Below are positions 17,763 through 29,782 of a stretch of 64,000 nt of DNA, piece after piece. The notes beneath the pieces are model-generated. The model saw nothing but the letters and a program-made list of their open reading frames with translations. It was not told the DNA's origin and searched no databases. The translations under genes and the position numbers were made by a program. This DNA comes from Escherichia coli (GTDB taxonomy: Bacteria; Pseudomonadota; Gammaproteobacteria; Enterobacterales; Enterobacteriaceae): NCBI RefSeq assembly GCF_016903815.1, contig NZ_CP069973.1; one strand, written 5' to 3'. Positions within the stretch are counted from its first letter, which is position 1. Every line of letters starts with the position of its first letter.

Positions 17763-19444
17763 GCCTCGTCCCTCCATGGTAGTCGTAACGTTATTCGGGT
17801 GTAACAATCAGGCTCACAGGCGACGCTTATCCCATAGTCATCGCCAAACCGTTCACGTAAACGCTTATCCACCAGATTCATCCCCAGCCCACTGGCATTG
17901 GTTACCGGTTGATACAAACCGGCATTGTCTTCGATCTCCAGCATCAAATGTTGCCCCTCACGTCGGGCGCTGATCGCCACTCGCCCTGTATCCAGCAGTT
18001 GTGATGTCCCATGTTTAATGGCGTTTTCCACTATCGGTTGCAGGGTAAACGCGGGCAATTGCTGCTGGGATAATTCTTGCGGAATAGCAATATTGACCTG
18101 CAACCGCGACTGGAAGCGCGCCTTTTCAATTTGCAGATAAGCGTTCACATGTTCAATTTCGTCGGCGAGAGTAACAAACTCCGAAGGCCGCTTTAAGTTT
18201 TTGCGGAAAAAAGTGGAAAGATACTGCACCAGCTGGCTGGCCTGTTCGCTGTCGCGGCGGATCACCGCTTTAATGGTGTTAAGCGCATTAAACAAAAAAT
18301 GGGGGTTCACCTGGGCGTGAAGCAGTTTGATCTCTGACTGGGTGAGCATCGCTTTTTGCCGCTCATATTGCCCGGCGAGGATCTGCGCCGAAAGCAGTTG
18401 CGCAATCCCCTCACCCAGCGTGCGATTGATTGAACTGAATAAACGGTTTTTGGCTTCATACAATTTGATGGTACCCATCACCCGCTGATTTTCACCACGC
18501 AACGGAATTACCAGCGTCGACCCCAGTTTGCATTGCGGATGCAAAGAGCAACGATAAGGTACTTCGTTGCCATCAGCGTAGACCACTTCACCGGTTTCAA
18601 TCGCTTTTAAGGTGTAAGTCGAAGAAATCGGTTTGCCGGGTAAATGGTGATCGTCACCAATTCCGGTAAAGGCCAGCAATTTCTCTCGATCGGTAATCGC
18701 GACTGCACCAATATCCAGCTCCTGATACAGCACCTGTGCCACTTTCATGCTGTTCACTTCGTTAAACCCCTGGCGCAAAATGCCTTCCGTCGAGGCAGCC
18801 ACTTTTAGCGCAGTGGCAGAAAAAGCCGAAGTGTATTTTTCAAACATCGCGCGTTTATCGAGCAATATACGCATAAACAGCGCCGCGCCGACGGTATTGG
18901 TGACCATCATTGGCGCAGCAATATTACTCACCAGACGCACCGCATCTTCATAAGGTCGGGCGATTGCCAGGATGATCAACATTTGCACCATTTCAGCGAC
19001 GAACGTGACGGCACCGGCGGTAATGGGGTTAAAGACTTTATCAGTGCGCCCGCGACGGATCAGGATGCTGTGTACCAGGCCGCCGAGCAACCCTTCAACG
19101 ATGGTCGAGATCATGCAACTTAGCGCGGTCATGCCCCCCATCGAATATCGATGTAACCCGCCGGTCAGACCAACCAGCCCACCGACGACCGGACCGCCGA
19201 GTAAGCCGCCCATTACCGCGCCTATCGCACGGGTATTGGCAATAGAATCGTCAATGTGCAACCCAAACCAGGTGCCCATGATGCAGAAGATGGAAAAGAC
19301 GATGTAGCAGAGAAATTTATGCGGCAGACGAACCGTGACCTGCATTAACGGTATGAATAATGGCGTTTTACTCATTAACCACGCAATGACTAAAAAAACG
19401 CACATCTGCTGAAGCAGCAGCAACACCAGATTAAAATCGTACAT
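17759..19444 (-). CDS. btsS: LytS-type sensor histidine kinase (pyruvate sensing), 561 aa
   Basis: Multi-TM N-terminus, HK region with [14 protein letters not shown]; length matches after adjusting start to MYDFNLV. Confidence 0.9.
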
Positions 19445-19665
19445 ACCCGCAAACCACACTTCCCTTTAAAACGCGTAACATACATTGCCTGCGTTTAACT
19501 TTCTTTGAACTCTTGCAGAAAAATGAGAATTCGTGAGTACGATCACTCAAAATCGCCTGGCAAAAATAAAATCACCCTATAGATGCACAAAAAACGGGCA
19601 AAACTACCTGGTTCGCAAAACTGCGTCTAAAGTTAAACCGGGACCTCGCGAGCAAGGGTGAGACG

Positions 19666-20397
19666 ATGGCGCTTTACACAATTGGTGAAGTGGCGTTGCT
19701 TTGTGATATTAACCCTGTCACGTTACGCGCGTGGCAGAGGCGTTACGGATTGCTGAAACCGCAACGGACAGACGGCGGCCATCGGCTGTTCAACGATGCC
19801 GATATTGACCGGATCCGCGAGATCAAACGCTGGATCGACAACGGCGTGCAGGTCAGCAAAGTTAAAATGCTGCTCAGTAATGAAAATGTTGATGTGCAGA
19901 ACGGCTGGCGCGATCAGCAAGAAACATTACTGACTTACCTGCAAAGCGGCAATCTGCATAGCCTGCGAACGTGGATCAAAGAGCGCGGTCAGGATTACCC
20001 CGCCCAGACGCTCACCACACATCTGTTTATTCCTCTGCGCCGACGACTTCAGTGCCAACAACCGACTCTCCAGGCGCTGCTGGCGATCCTCGACGGCGTA
20101 CTGATCAACTACATCGCCATTTGCCTGGCTTCGGCACGTAAAAAACAGGGTAAAGATGCGCTGGTGGTTGGCTGGAATATTCACGATACCACCCGTCTGT
20201 GGCTGGAGGGCTGGATTGCCAGTCAACAAGGATGGCGCATTGATGTCCTCGCCCACTCGCTCAATCAACTACGCCCTGAACTGTTCGAAGGCCGTACATT
20301 GCTGGTGTGGTGCGGTGAAAATCGAACCTCCGCCCAACAGCAGCAACTCACCAGTTGGCAGGAACAAGGCCATGATATTTTCCCACTCGGCATTTAA
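19666..20397 (+). CDS. mlrA: MerR-family transcriptional regulator, 243 aa
   Basis: N-terminal MerR HTH YTIGEVALLCDINPVTLRAWQRRYGLLKP. Confidence 0.9.
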   Translation: MALYTIGEVALLCDINPVTLRAWQRRYGLLKPQRTDGGHRLFNDADIDRIREIKRWIDNGVQVSKVKMLLSNENVDVQNGWRDQQETLLTYLQSGNLHSLRTWIKERGQDYPAQTLTTHLFIPLRRRLQCQQPTLQALLAILDGVLINYIAICLASARKKQGKDALVVGWNIHDTTRLWLEGWIASQQGWRIDVLAHSLNQLRPELFEGRTLLVWCGENRTSAQQQQLTSWQEQGHDIFPLGI

Positions 20398-20456
20398 TCA
20401 TTCGTTAACAAATGCGCTTTACTGTACAATCCTTTCGTTAACATAAGGAGTGCATC

Positions 20457-20564
20457 ATGCGCATAGCTAAAATTGGGGTCATCGCCCTGTTCCTGTTTAT
20501 GGCGTTAGGCGGAATTGGTGGCGTCATGCTCGCAGGTTATACCTTTATTTTGCGTGCTGGCTAA
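20457..20564 (+). CDS. yohO: Small hydrophobic membrane protein, 35 aa
   Basis: Strong SD taaggag 7 bp upstream of [38 protein letters not shown]; 3' end overlaps yehW convergently. Confidence 0.6.
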
Positions 20565-21276
20565 GCGCCTGCACCAGCCTTTCAAACAGGCGGTCTGCAA
20601 TGATCGCCGCCAGTGCCACCAGTAACGCCCCCTGGATCACATACGCGGTATTAAATCCGCTAAGCCCGATGATGATGGGCGTACCCAGCGTGCTGGCCCC
20701 TACCGTTGAGGCGATCGTCGCCGTACCAATGTTGATAATCACCGAAGTTCGCACGCCCGCCAGAATCACCGGAGCCGCCAGCGGTAGCTCGACCTTACGC
20801 AGTCGCTGACCACGGCTCATTCCCATACCTTTCGCAACTTCTGTCACGCTGACATCAATCGCTCCCAGCCCGGCAAGTGTCGCCTGCAGGACGGGCAGCA
20901 CGCCGTAAAGGATCAAGGCGATAATCGCGGGTTGCAGACCAAAGCCGATCACCGGAACGGCAATCGCCAGCACCGCAACGGGCGGAAAAGTCTGCCCAAC
21001 GGCGGCAATAGTTTCCACCAGTGGGCGAAATTCCGCGCCCCACGGGCGAGTAACAATAATTCCGGCACCAGTACCAATGATCACCGCAAACAAACTCGAA
21101 ATTCCCACCAGCCAGAAATGAGCCAGTGCCAGAGCTGCAAAGCTTTCCTGCTGATAAACGGGTCGTGGCAGTTGTGGGAACAAGGCAGCAAACAGCGGCT
21201 GGCTGTAAGGCAGCCAGAAAAGCAGTGCCACAAACAAAGCAATGAGCCAGAACAGCGGATCGCGCAACATCTTCAT
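20545..21276 (-). CDS. yehW: ABC transporter permease (osmoprotectant uptake system)
   Basis: 243-aa polytopic membrane protein in the yehZYXW cluster. Confidence 0.9.
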
Positions 21277-21280
21277 ACGC

Positions 21281-22207
21281 TTACGCCTCCACCAGCAGAT
21301 CCTGAAAATGCAGCGTGCCGCAAGGCTGGCCCTGCGTGTTCACCACCGGCAGCACCTCGCATCCCCGCGCGACAAACAGGGAGAGCGCATCGCGTAGCGT
21401 CATCTCTTCTGCCAGTGCCTCACCTTCTGCCCGTTCTTCGCGACGCACGTAATCCGCCACACTACGTAACGAAAGCAGGCGGACACCCAGTTCACTATGC
21501 CCAAAAAACTGGCGGACAAAATCATTCGCCGGACGAGTCAGCATCGTCAGCGGATTGCCCTGCTGCACCACTTCACCGTGATCCATCAACACCAGATGTT
21601 CTGCCAGTCGTAGCGCCTCATCAATATCATGAGTGACCAGCACAATGGTACGCCCCAGCAAACGGTGTATGCGCGTCATCTCTTGTTGCAACGCGCCGCG
21701 CGTTACCGGGTCCAGCGCGCCAAAAGGTTCATCCATCAGTAAGACTTGCGGATCGGCAGCCAGTGCGCGCGCCACTCCCACACGTTGCTGCTGACCACCG
21801 GAAAGCTGATGCGGATAACGCTCACGCAAATTTGGCTCCAACCCCAGTAGCGCCATTAATTCGTCGATACGATCGTCGATCCGCGCCCGTGACCATTTTT
21901 GTAATTGCGGCACGGTGGCAATATTTTGCGCCACGCTCCAGTGGGGAAACAGGCCAATAGATTGAATGGCATAGCCCATCCGGCGGCGCAACTCCAGCAC
22001 TGGCAGCGAGCGAATTTCTTCTCCGGCAAAGCGGATCACGCCACTGTCATGCTCCACCAGGCGGTTAATCATTTTCAGAGTGGTGGATTTACCGGAGCCT
22101 GATGTACCAATCAGCACCGAAAAACTCCCCTCCTGAAAATTGAGATTGAGATCGTTAACGGCTTTTTGTATGCCGAACAGTTTGCTGACATGGCTAAATT
22201 CAATCAT
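21281..22207 (-). CDS. yehX: ABC transporter ATP-binding protein
   Basis: Walker [18 protein letters not shown] signature, Walker B LLMDEP. Confidence 0.9.
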   Translation of the reverse strand: MIEFSHVSKLFGIQKAVNDLNLNFQEGSFSVLIGTSGSGKSTTLKMINRLVEHDSGVIRFAGEEIRSLPVLELRRRMGYAIQSIGLFPHWSVAQNIATVPQLQKWSRARIDDRIDELMALLGLEPNLRERYPHQLSGGQQQRVGVARALAADPQVLLMDEPFGALDPVTRGALQQEMTRIHRLLGRTIVLVTHDIDEALRLAEHLVLMDHGEVVQQGNPLTMLTRPANDFVRQFFGHSELGVRLLSLRSVADYVRREERAEGEALAEEMTLRDALSLFVARGCEVLPVVNTQGQPCGTLHFQDLLVEA

Positions 22208-23357
22208 TACGTTTCACCTTCAGCAGTGCGATAAGCAAATCGAACAGCGCATCGATCAGCACCGCCAGAACAATTACCGGGATCACCCCTAGCAACACTA
22301 AATCAATGGCACTGCTTAGCAGCCCCTGGAAAACCAGCGCACCAAAACCGCCTGCGCCGATTAACGCCGCAATCACCGCCATGCCGACGGTTTGCACCAT
22401 CACCACCCGCAGGCTACGCAGAAATACCGGTAACGCCAGTGGTAACTGAACATGCAGGAATCGCTGCGCCCCGCTCATGCCCATCGCTCTGGCGCTCTCC
22501 AGCACATCGCGCGGGATCTGGTTCAAGCCGACTACCACGCCGCGCACCAGCGGCAGCAAGGCATAGAGCACCAGCGCAATCAGTGCGGGTGTCATTCCGG
22601 TTCCTGCTATGCCGAGCTTACCCAGCCACGGAAAGGCCGTAACCAGTGCGGCAAGCGGCGCAATCAACAGGCCAAAGAGCGCCACCGAAGGCACGGTCTG
22701 AATGACATTCAGCAGAGAAAAAATCGCCCCCTGCCGCGCAGTGGAAAAGTAGCACCAGACGCCCAGCGGCACACCAATCACTAACGCAGGCAGCACCGCA
22801 CCAAACAGCAACGTCAGATGTTGCGCCAGCGCGTCATCAAACACATCCTGACGGTTGGCGTATTCTTTCATTAGCGAGAGATCGTTAAGCGCGCCGGAAT
22901 ACAGCAACCACAGCGGAATGATGGCAATCTGCATATGCAACAACCAGCGCCACAGCGGATGCGTGGAGATTCGGCGGATGGCATCGCTACAGGCCAGCAA
23001 TGCCAGCGCCGCAGCCAGCCAGAAACCACTGCCGAGGCTGGTACGCGCCAGCGCACTGCCATTTTGTGCCAGTTGTGTCGCCGCCTTTCCTGCTCCCCAC
23101 ACCAGCAATACGAAGACGAATTGCGCCAGAATGAGTGCAAAAATGCTGCCTTTTTTAGCGGGAATAAAACAGGCTGTCATCCAGGCGCAACCAACGCCCA
23201 CCAGCATCCAGATCGTTTGCGGCCACAGCTGCCAGAGATGACGCCCCTCACCCGAAACTAAACGATTAGGCGCGTAACTGATAAACGGCAGCGCCGCTGC
23301 GATTGCCGTCAGCAACAGCAGCAGCGCCAGAACAGGATTAATACGGAAATAAGTCAC
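22200..23357 (-). CDS. yehY: ABC transporter permease
   Basis: 385-aa membrane protein, overlaps yehX start. Confidence 0.9.
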   Translation of the reverse strand: MTYFRINPVLALLLLLTAIAAALPFISYAPNRLVSGEGRHLWQLWPQTIWMLVGVGCAWMTACFIPAKKGSIFALILAQFVFVLLVWGAGKAATQLAQNGSALARTSLGSGFWLAAALALLACSDAIRRISTHPLWRWLLHMQIAIIPLWLLYSGALNDLSLMKEYANRQDVFDDALAQHLTLLFGAVLPALVIGVPLGVWCYFSTARQGAIFSLLNVIQTVPSVALFGLLIAPLAALVTAFPWLGKLGIAGTGMTPALIALVLYALLPLVRGVVVGLNQIPRDVLESARAMGMSGAQRFLHVQLPLALPVFLRSLRVVMVQTVGMAVIAALIGAGGFGALVFQGLLSSAIDLVLLGVIPVIVLAVLIDALFDLLIALLKVKRND

Positions 23358-23363
23358 GGGAAA

Positions 23364-24281
23364 TTACTTCGTCCACCCTTTTTGTTTCAGGTAGTCGGCA
23401 GCCACTTTTTTGGCATCCAGTCCTTCCACAGCAATGCTGGCATTCAGTTGCTGCAATGTTTTTTCATCGAGGCTGGCGAAGACTGGCTGTAGCCACTGTG
23501 CCATTTGTGGATACTCTTTCAACACCGACTCACGCACCACTGGTGCAGGCGCGTAGATAGGTTGCACGCCTTGCGGATCGCTTAAGGTTTGCAGCCCCAG
23601 CGCCGCGACCGGGCCGTCAGTGCCGTAAGCCATCGCCGCATTAACGCCAGAGGTTTGCTGGGCAGCGGCTTTGATCGTCACCGCCGTGTCGCCACCAGCC
23701 AGTGACAGCAACTGATCCTGACCGAGCTTAAAGCCATAGGCTTTTTCAAACGCGGGTAACGCATCGGCGCGTTCAATAAATTCTGCCGAGGCCGCCAGTT
23801 TGAAGGTGCCGCCCTCTTTCAGATAACGACTCAGGTCGGCAAGCGAAGTGAGTTTGTTTTTCTCTGCCACATCTTGACGCACGGCGATAGTCCAGGTGTT
23901 ATTTGCAGGCGCGGGCGTCAGCCAGATTAACTTGTTTTGCTCTGCATCGAGTTTTTTGACTTTCTCGTAGCCTTGCCCGGCATTTTTCCATGCCGCATCG
24001 TTTTCATCTTTAAAGAAAAACGCGCCATTGCCGGTATATTCCGGATAGATATCCAGTTCACCGGAAGTAATCGCCCCGCGCACCACGGGAGTCGTTCCCA
24101 GTTGCACTTTATTTACCGTAGGAACACCGTGACTTTCCAGCACCTGCAAAATGATATTGCCGAGCAGCGCGCCTTCGGTATCGATTTTTGAACCGACCTT
24201 AACGGGGGAAGCCGCCTGTAGCGGCAGGCTCACGGCTGCCAACAAAACCAATGAACCTGCCCAGAGCTTTGAGAGTGGCAT
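23364..24281 (-). CDS. osmF: Periplasmic glycine betaine-family substrate-binding protein
   Basis: Signal peptide MPLSKLWAGSLVLLAAVSLPLQA; 305 aa. Confidence 0.9.
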   Translation of the reverse strand: MPLSKLWAGSLVLLAAVSLPLQAASPVKVGSKIDTEGALLGNIILQVLESHGVPTVNKVQLGTTPVVRGAITSGELDIYPEYTGNGAFFFKDENDAAWKNAGQGYEKVKKLDAEQNKLIWLTPAPANNTWTIAVRQDVAEKNKLTSLADLSRYLKEGGTFKLAASAEFIERADALPAFEKAYGFKLGQDQLLSLAGGDTAVTIKAAAQQTSGVNAAMAYGTDGPVAALGLQTLSDPQGVQPIYAPAPVVRESVLKEYPQMAQWLQPVFASLDEKTLQQLNASIAVEGLDAKKVAADYLKQKGWTK

Positions 24282-24397
24282 GATGCTTTCCTCATTCTTT
24301 TACTGTTGTTTTCAGCGAATTAAGAGAAAAGCATAGTTGATAATGACAGGGTTAGCCTGTCTGGGCGGATTCAGTTGCAGAATCAGATAAATACTTA

Positions 24398-24420
24398 AAG
24401 GGCGCAGACGTCGCGCCCTT
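24398..24420 (-). terminator. Candidate terminator downstream of bglX
   Basis: agggcgc-agacgtc-gcgccct hairpin. Confidence 0.5.
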
Positions 24421-24429
24421 ACTAAAGCA

Positions 24430-26727
24430 TTACAGCAACTCAAACTCGCCTTTCTTAACGCGTGCGGAATCAGTGCCGATAAAGACATTGAACTTGCCAG
24501 GCTCGGCGTCATATTTCATCTGTTGATTCCAGAACTTCAGCGCCTCGATATCAATCGGGAAGCTGACGGTCTGGGTTTCGCCCGGTTTCAGGGTGATTTT
24601 CTCAAAGCCTTTCAGCTGCTTCACCGGACGACTCATGGAAGCCGTCACATCCTGCAAGTACATCTGCACTACCGTCGCCCCTTCGCGCTTACCGGTGTTC
24701 GTCACCTGCACACTGGCGGTCACTTTGCCGTCACGCTTCATGGTCGGCGCAGAAAGTTTCACATCAGAGACGGTGAAAGTGGTATAGCTCAGACCATAGC
24801 CGAACGGATAAAGCGCCCCGTTAGCTTCATCAAAATAACGCGAAGTGTATTTGTTCGGCTTATCGGCGTTATACGGGCGACCGGTATTCAGATGGCTGTA
24901 GTACACAGGGATCTGCCCGACAGAACGCGGGAAGGACATCGGCAGCTTGCCGGACGGGTTGTAATCGCCAAACAATACATCGGCAATCGCATTCCCCCCT
25001 TCAGTCCCCGCAAACCAGGTTTCCAGAATCGCATCAGCCTGCTGATCTTCTTTCACCAGCGCCAGCGGACGCCCATTCATCAGCACCAGCACCAGCGGTT
25101 TACCGGTGGCTTTCAGCGCCGCAATCAAGTCACGTTGGCTTTGCGGAATAGTGATATCGGTACGGCTGGAAGCCTCGTGCGCCATCCCCTGTGCTTCACC
25201 GACCACAGCCACCACCACATCAGATTGTTTCGCGGTTTGCACCGCTTCATCAATCATCTCTTGCGGCGAACGCGGATCGACTTTGACCGCTTCTTCATAC
25301 TGATTCAGGAAATCGATAATGCCTTTGTCACTGGTAACGTTAGCCCCTTTGGCATACAGCACTTTACCGTTTTCACCGACGGCATTTTTAATCCCGGTCA
25401 GCACGGTCACGGATTGATCGGCAACCCCTGCCGCCGACCAGCTGCCCATCACGTCACGCTTGCTGTCTGCCAGCGGGCCAACCACCGCAATGGTTGCGGA
25501 TTTTTTCAGCGGTAACGTTTCGAGACGGTTTTTCAGCAACACCAGGCTTTCGCGCGCCACTTCACGCGCTTCTTTGCGGTGCAGGCGGCTTTCGGCATTG
25601 GTATCCACCGGGTCAGACTCTTTCGGCCCCAAATGGCTGTATGGGTCGTTAAACAACCCCATATCATATTTAACGTTCAGTACGTGGCGGGCTGCATCGT
25701 CCAGCTCTGCCATGGTCACTTTGCCGGATTTGATCAACCCAGGCAGATACTTCGAGTAATACTCGTCGCTCATACTCATGTTGATGCCGGATTTCAGCGC
25801 CACGCGCACCGCGTCTTCCGGGTCTGCCGCCGTGCCATGTTTAATCAGCTCTTTGATTGCGCCGTGATCGGAAACGGTGATGCCTTTAAAGCCCCACTGG
25901 TCGCGCAGAACATCTTTCAGCAGCCAGGAGTCGGAGGTGGCTGGCGTACCGTTCAGCGAGTTCAGCGCCACCATCACCGCGCCGCTGCCTGCCTCCAGCC
26001 CCGCTTTGTACGGCGGCATATAATCATTAAACAGGCGCTGCGGACTCATATCGACGGTGTTGTACTCTTTACCGCCTTCTACCGCGCCGTAAGCGGCAAA
26101 GTGTTTGACGCTGGTCATCACCGAGTAGCGATCTGCCGGACTTTTACCCTGCATCGCTTCCACCATGGTTTTCCCCATTATTGAGGTGAGATACGTATCT
26201 TCGCCAAAACCTTCGGAAGCACGTCCCCAGCGCGGATCGCGCGAGACATCGACCATTGGTGCCCAGGTCATATTCAGGCCATCATCTGCCGCTTCATAAG
26301 CAGAGACACGCCCGACTGTTTTCACCGCATCGAGGTTAAAAGACGAGGCCAGACCGAGGCTAATCGGGAACACCGTGCGCTGACCGTGCAGCACGTCGTA
26401 AGCAAAGAAAAGAGGAATTTTCAGGCGGCTTAATTCCATCACCTGATCCTGCATGGCGCGGATATCCTGACGGGTTACGGTGTTGAAAATCGCCCCAACC
26501 TGCCCGTCTTTGATCATCTCGCGGATCGCCTCTTTCGGGTTATCCGGGCCGACGCTGATTAAGCGCAGCTGACCAATTTTCTCATCAACTGTCATTTTCT
26601 TAAGCAGTTCGGTGACGAACGCATCCCGCGCTTCAGGCGTTAATGGATGGTTACCGAATAAATCATCCGCCAGTGCTGGCTGCAGAGCCAGACTCACCGC
26701 GATTCCTACTGAACATAGCCATTTCAT
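24430..26727 (-). CDS. bglX: Periplasmic beta-glucosidase (glycoside hydrolase family 3), 765 aa
   Basis: Signal peptide MKWLCSVGIAVSLALQPALA; GH3 domain content. Confidence 0.9.
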   Translation of the reverse strand: MKWLCSVGIAVSLALQPALADDLFGNHPLTPEARDAFVTELLKKMTVDEKIGQLRLISVGPDNPKEAIREMIKDGQVGAIFNTVTRQDIRAMQDQVMELSRLKIPLFFAYDVLHGQRTVFPISLGLASSFNLDAVKTVGRVSAYEAADDGLNMTWAPMVDVSRDPRWGRASEGFGEDTYLTSIMGKTMVEAMQGKSPADRYSVMTSVKHFAAYGAVEGGKEYNTVDMSPQRLFNDYMPPYKAGLEAGSGAVMVALNSLNGTPATSDSWLLKDVLRDQWGFKGITVSDHGAIKELIKHGTAADPEDAVRVALKSGINMSMSDEYYSKYLPGLIKSGKVTMAELDDAARHVLNVKYDMGLFNDPYSHLGPKESDPVDTNAESRLHRKEAREVARESLVLLKNRLETLPLKKSATIAVVGPLADSKRDVMGSWSAAGVADQSVTVLTGIKNAVGENGKVLYAKGANVTSDKGIIDFLNQYEEAVKVDPRSPQEMIDEAVQTAKQSDVVVAVVGEAQGMAHEASSRTDITIPQSQRDLIAALKATGKPLVLVLMNGRPLALVKEDQQADAILETWFAGTEGGNAIADVLFGDYNPSGKLPMSFPRSVGQIPVYYSHLNTGRPYNADKPNKYTSRYFDEANGALYPFGYGLSYTTFTVSDVKLSAPTMKRDGKVTASVQVTNTGKREGATVVQMYLQDVTASMSRPVKQLKGFEKITLKPGETQTVSFPIDIEALKFWNQQMKYDAEPGKFNVFIGTDSARVKKGEFELL

Positions 26728-26922
26728 ATGGATTTTTCTTCCTTTGTTGCCCGACGTGGCAGCGAAAATGGTGCAAAAACCGTAGTTTGCCATAAGCATG
26801 ATGGAGAGAGAAAAAGAATGCTCAGTTTATTGTCTGAATTTTCAAAATATTCACTCGCTGAATTGTCATACAAGGCGCTATTCTAGTTTGTGATATTTTT
26901 TCGCCACCACAAGGAGTGGAAA

Positions 26923-28638
26923 ATGTCTTCCATGACAACAACTGATAATAAAGCCTTTTTGAATGAACTTGCCCGACTGGTGGGTTCTTCACACCTGCTC
27001 ACCGATCCCGCAAAAACGGCCCGCTATCGCAAGGGCTTCCGTTCTGGTCAGGGCGATGCACTGGCTGTCGTTTTCCCTGGCTCACTACTGGAATTGTGGC
27101 GGGTGCTGAAAGCCTGCGTCACCGCCGACAAAATTATTCTGATGCAGGCAGCCAATACAGGTCTGACCGAAGGCTCGACGCCAAACGGTAACGACTATGA
27201 TCGCGATATCGTGATCATCAGCACCCTGCGTCTCGACAAGCTGCACGTTCTTGGCAAGGGCGAACAGGTGCTGGCCTATCCGGGCACCACGCTTTATTCG
27301 CTGGAAAAAGCCCTCAAACCGCTGGGACGCGAACCGCACTCGGTGATTGGCTCATCGTGTATAGGCGCATCGGTCATCGGCGGTATTTGTAACAACTCCG
27401 GCGGCTCGCTGGTGCAGCGTGGCCCAGCGTATACCGAAATGTCGTTATTCGCGCGTATAAATGAAGACGGCAAACTGACGCTGGTGAACCATCTGGGGAT
27501 TGATCTGGGCGAAACGCCGGAGCAGATCCTTAGCAAGCTGGATGACGATCGCATCAAAGATGACGATGTGCGCCACGATGGTCGTCACGCCCACGATTAT
27601 GACTATGTCCACCGCGTTCGTGATATTGAAGCCGACACGCCCGCACGTTATAACGCCGATCCGGATCGGTTATTTGAATCTTCTGGTTGCGCCGGGAAGC
27701 TGGCCGTCTTTGCGGTACGTCTTGATACCTTCGAAGCGGAAAAAAATCAGCAGGTGTTTTATATCGGCACCAACCAGCCGGAAGTACTGACCGAAATCCG
27801 CCGTCATATTCTGGCTAATTTCGAAAATCTGCCGGTTGCCGGGGAATATATGCACCGGGATATCTACGATATTGCGGAAAAATACGGCAAAGACACCTTC
27901 CTGATGATTGATAAGTTAGGCACCGACAAGATGCCGTTCTTCTTTAATCTCAAGGGGCGCACCGATGCGATGCTGGAGAAAGTGAAATTCTTCCGTCCGC
28001 ATTTTACCGACCGTGCGATGCAAAAATTCGGTCACCTGTTCCCCAGCCATTTACCGCCGCGCATGAAAAACTGGCGCGATAAATATGAACATCATCTGCT
28101 GTTAAAAATGGCGGGCGATGGCGTCGGTGAAGCCAAATCGTGGCTGGTGGATTATTTCAAACAGGCCGAAGGCGATTTCTTTGTCTGTACGCCGGAGGAA
28201 GGTAGCAAAGCGTTTTTACACCGTTTCGCCGCTGCGGGCGCAGCAATTCGTTATCAGGCGGTGCATTCCGATGAAGTCGAAGACATTCTGGCGCTGGATA
28301 TCGCTCTGCGGCGTAACGACACCGAGTGGTATGAGCATTTACCGCCGGAGATCGACAGCCAGCTGGTGCACAAGCTCTATTACGGCCATTTTATGTGCTA
28401 TGTCTTCCATCAGGATTACATCGTTAAAAAAGGCGTGGATGTGCATGCGTTGAAAGAACAGATGCTGGAACTGCTACAGCAGCGCGGCGCGCAATACCCT
28501 GCCGAGCATAATGTCGGTCATTTGTATAAAGCACCGGAGACGTTGCAGAAGTTCTATCGCGAGAACGATCCGACCAACAGTATGAATCCGGGGATCGGTA
28601 AAACCAGTAAGCGGAAAAACTGGCAGGAAGTGGAGTAA
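26923..28638 (+). CDS. dld: FAD-dependent D-lactate dehydrogenase, 571 aa
   Basis: MSSMTTTDNKAFLNELARLVGSSHLLTD N-terminus. Confidence 0.9.
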   Translation: MSSMTTTDNKAFLNELARLVGSSHLLTDPAKTARYRKGFRSGQGDALAVVFPGSLLELWRVLKACVTADKIILMQAANTGLTEGSTPNGNDYDRDIVIISTLRLDKLHVLGKGEQVLAYPGTTLYSLEKALKPLGREPHSVIGSSCIGASVIGGICNNSGGSLVQRGPAYTEMSLFARINEDGKLTLVNHLGIDLGETPEQILSKLDDDRIKDDDVRHDGRHAHDYDYVHRVRDIEADTPARYNADPDRLFESSGCAGKLAVFAVRLDTFEAEKNQQVFYIGTNQPEVLTEIRRHILANFENLPVAGEYMHRDIYDIAEKYGKDTFLMIDKLGTDKMPFFFNLKGRTDAMLEKVKFFRPHFTDRAMQKFGHLFPSHLPPRMKNWRDKYEHHLLLKMAGDGVGEAKSWLVDYFKQAEGDFFVCTPEEGSKAFLHRFAAAGAAIRYQAVHSDEVEDILALDIALRRNDTEWYEHLPPEIDSQLVHKLYYGHFMCYVFHQDYIVKKGVDVHALKEQMLELLQQRGAQYPAEHNVGHLYKAPETLQKFYRENDPTNSMNPGIGKTSKRKNWQEVE

Positions 28639-28640
28639 TA

Positions 28641-28672
28641 ATTACGGATGGCAGAGTATCGCCATCCGTAAT
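28641..28672. terminator. Bidirectional terminator between dld and pbpG
   Basis: attacggatggc agagtatc gccatccgtaat palindrome. Confidence 0.65.
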
Positions 28673-28676
28673 TCAT

Positions 28677-29609
28677 TTAATCGTTCTGTGCCGTCTGCCC
28701 CGCCGCCGCCATTTGGGCGGCTTTTTGTTTTTTATAGCTCAACGCTGCTGCCGGAACAGGCATCACTTTACCGGTTTCAATCCAGGTACGCAGGCGGCTG
28801 GCATCGGCAAAATGGGTATATTTGCCAAACGCGTCCATCACTACCAGCGCCACCGGTTTATTATTGATAACCGTACGCATCACCAGACAATGGCCCGCCG
28901 CATTGGTAAAGCCGGTTTTGGTTAACTGAATATTCCAGTTATCGCGATACACCAGATGGTTAGTATTGCGGAACGGCAGCGTATACGTCGGGTTAGAGAA
29001 GGTTGCCATATCTTCCCGGGTGGTACTTAACTGCCCGATCAACGGATATTGTTTGCTGGCAATGAGCAGTTTGGTTAAGTCACGGGCGGTTGAAACGTTA
29101 TGCACCGACAATCCGGTCGGTTCAACAAAGCGCGTGTTGTTCATTCCGAGCGATTTCGCTTTCGCATTCATCGCCTTAATAAAGGCTTTGTAACCACCGG
29201 GATAATGGTGCGCAAGGCTTGCCGCCGCGCGGTTTTCTGAAGACATCAGCGCCAGCAACAGCATATCTTTACGGCTGATTTCGCTATTCAGTCGTACGCG
29301 CGAATAGACCCCTTTCATCTCCGGCGTCTGGCTGATATCCACTTTTAGTTTTTCATCCAGCGGCAGTCGTGCATCCAGCACAACCATCGCGGTCATTAAT
29401 TTGCTGATAGACGCAATCGGGCGCACCAGATCCGGGTGGTTCGAATAGATCACTTTGTTGGTATTCAGATCAACAATCATCGCGCTACCGGAGGCAATTT
29501 CCGGCTGTGAAGCGGTGGTAGCGGCTGCCGTTTTCGCAACGGCCTGCGGTGCAAAAGGCACAGCCAGCATCAGGGCCAGGCTAAATAAAGAAACTCGAAA
29601 TTTCGGCAT
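28677..29609 (-). CDS. pbpG: D-alanyl-D-alanine endopeptidase (PBP7)
   Basis: Signal peptide, SxxK active-site motif (SISKLMT). Confidence 0.9.
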
Positions 29610-29782
29610 GATGAGCATTCAGATAGTGGTTCACGCGCACGGGTTGCGCACCGCCGGAGTAAGGATTTACTGAGGCTAGCGACGCCATCATAACGAGCAA
29701 AAAGTGCGATCGTCAAAGGAGAATCGTGAGGAAATGCTGCATTGCTGACATTTACGCCAGCAATGCAACACAAAAGAACTTT

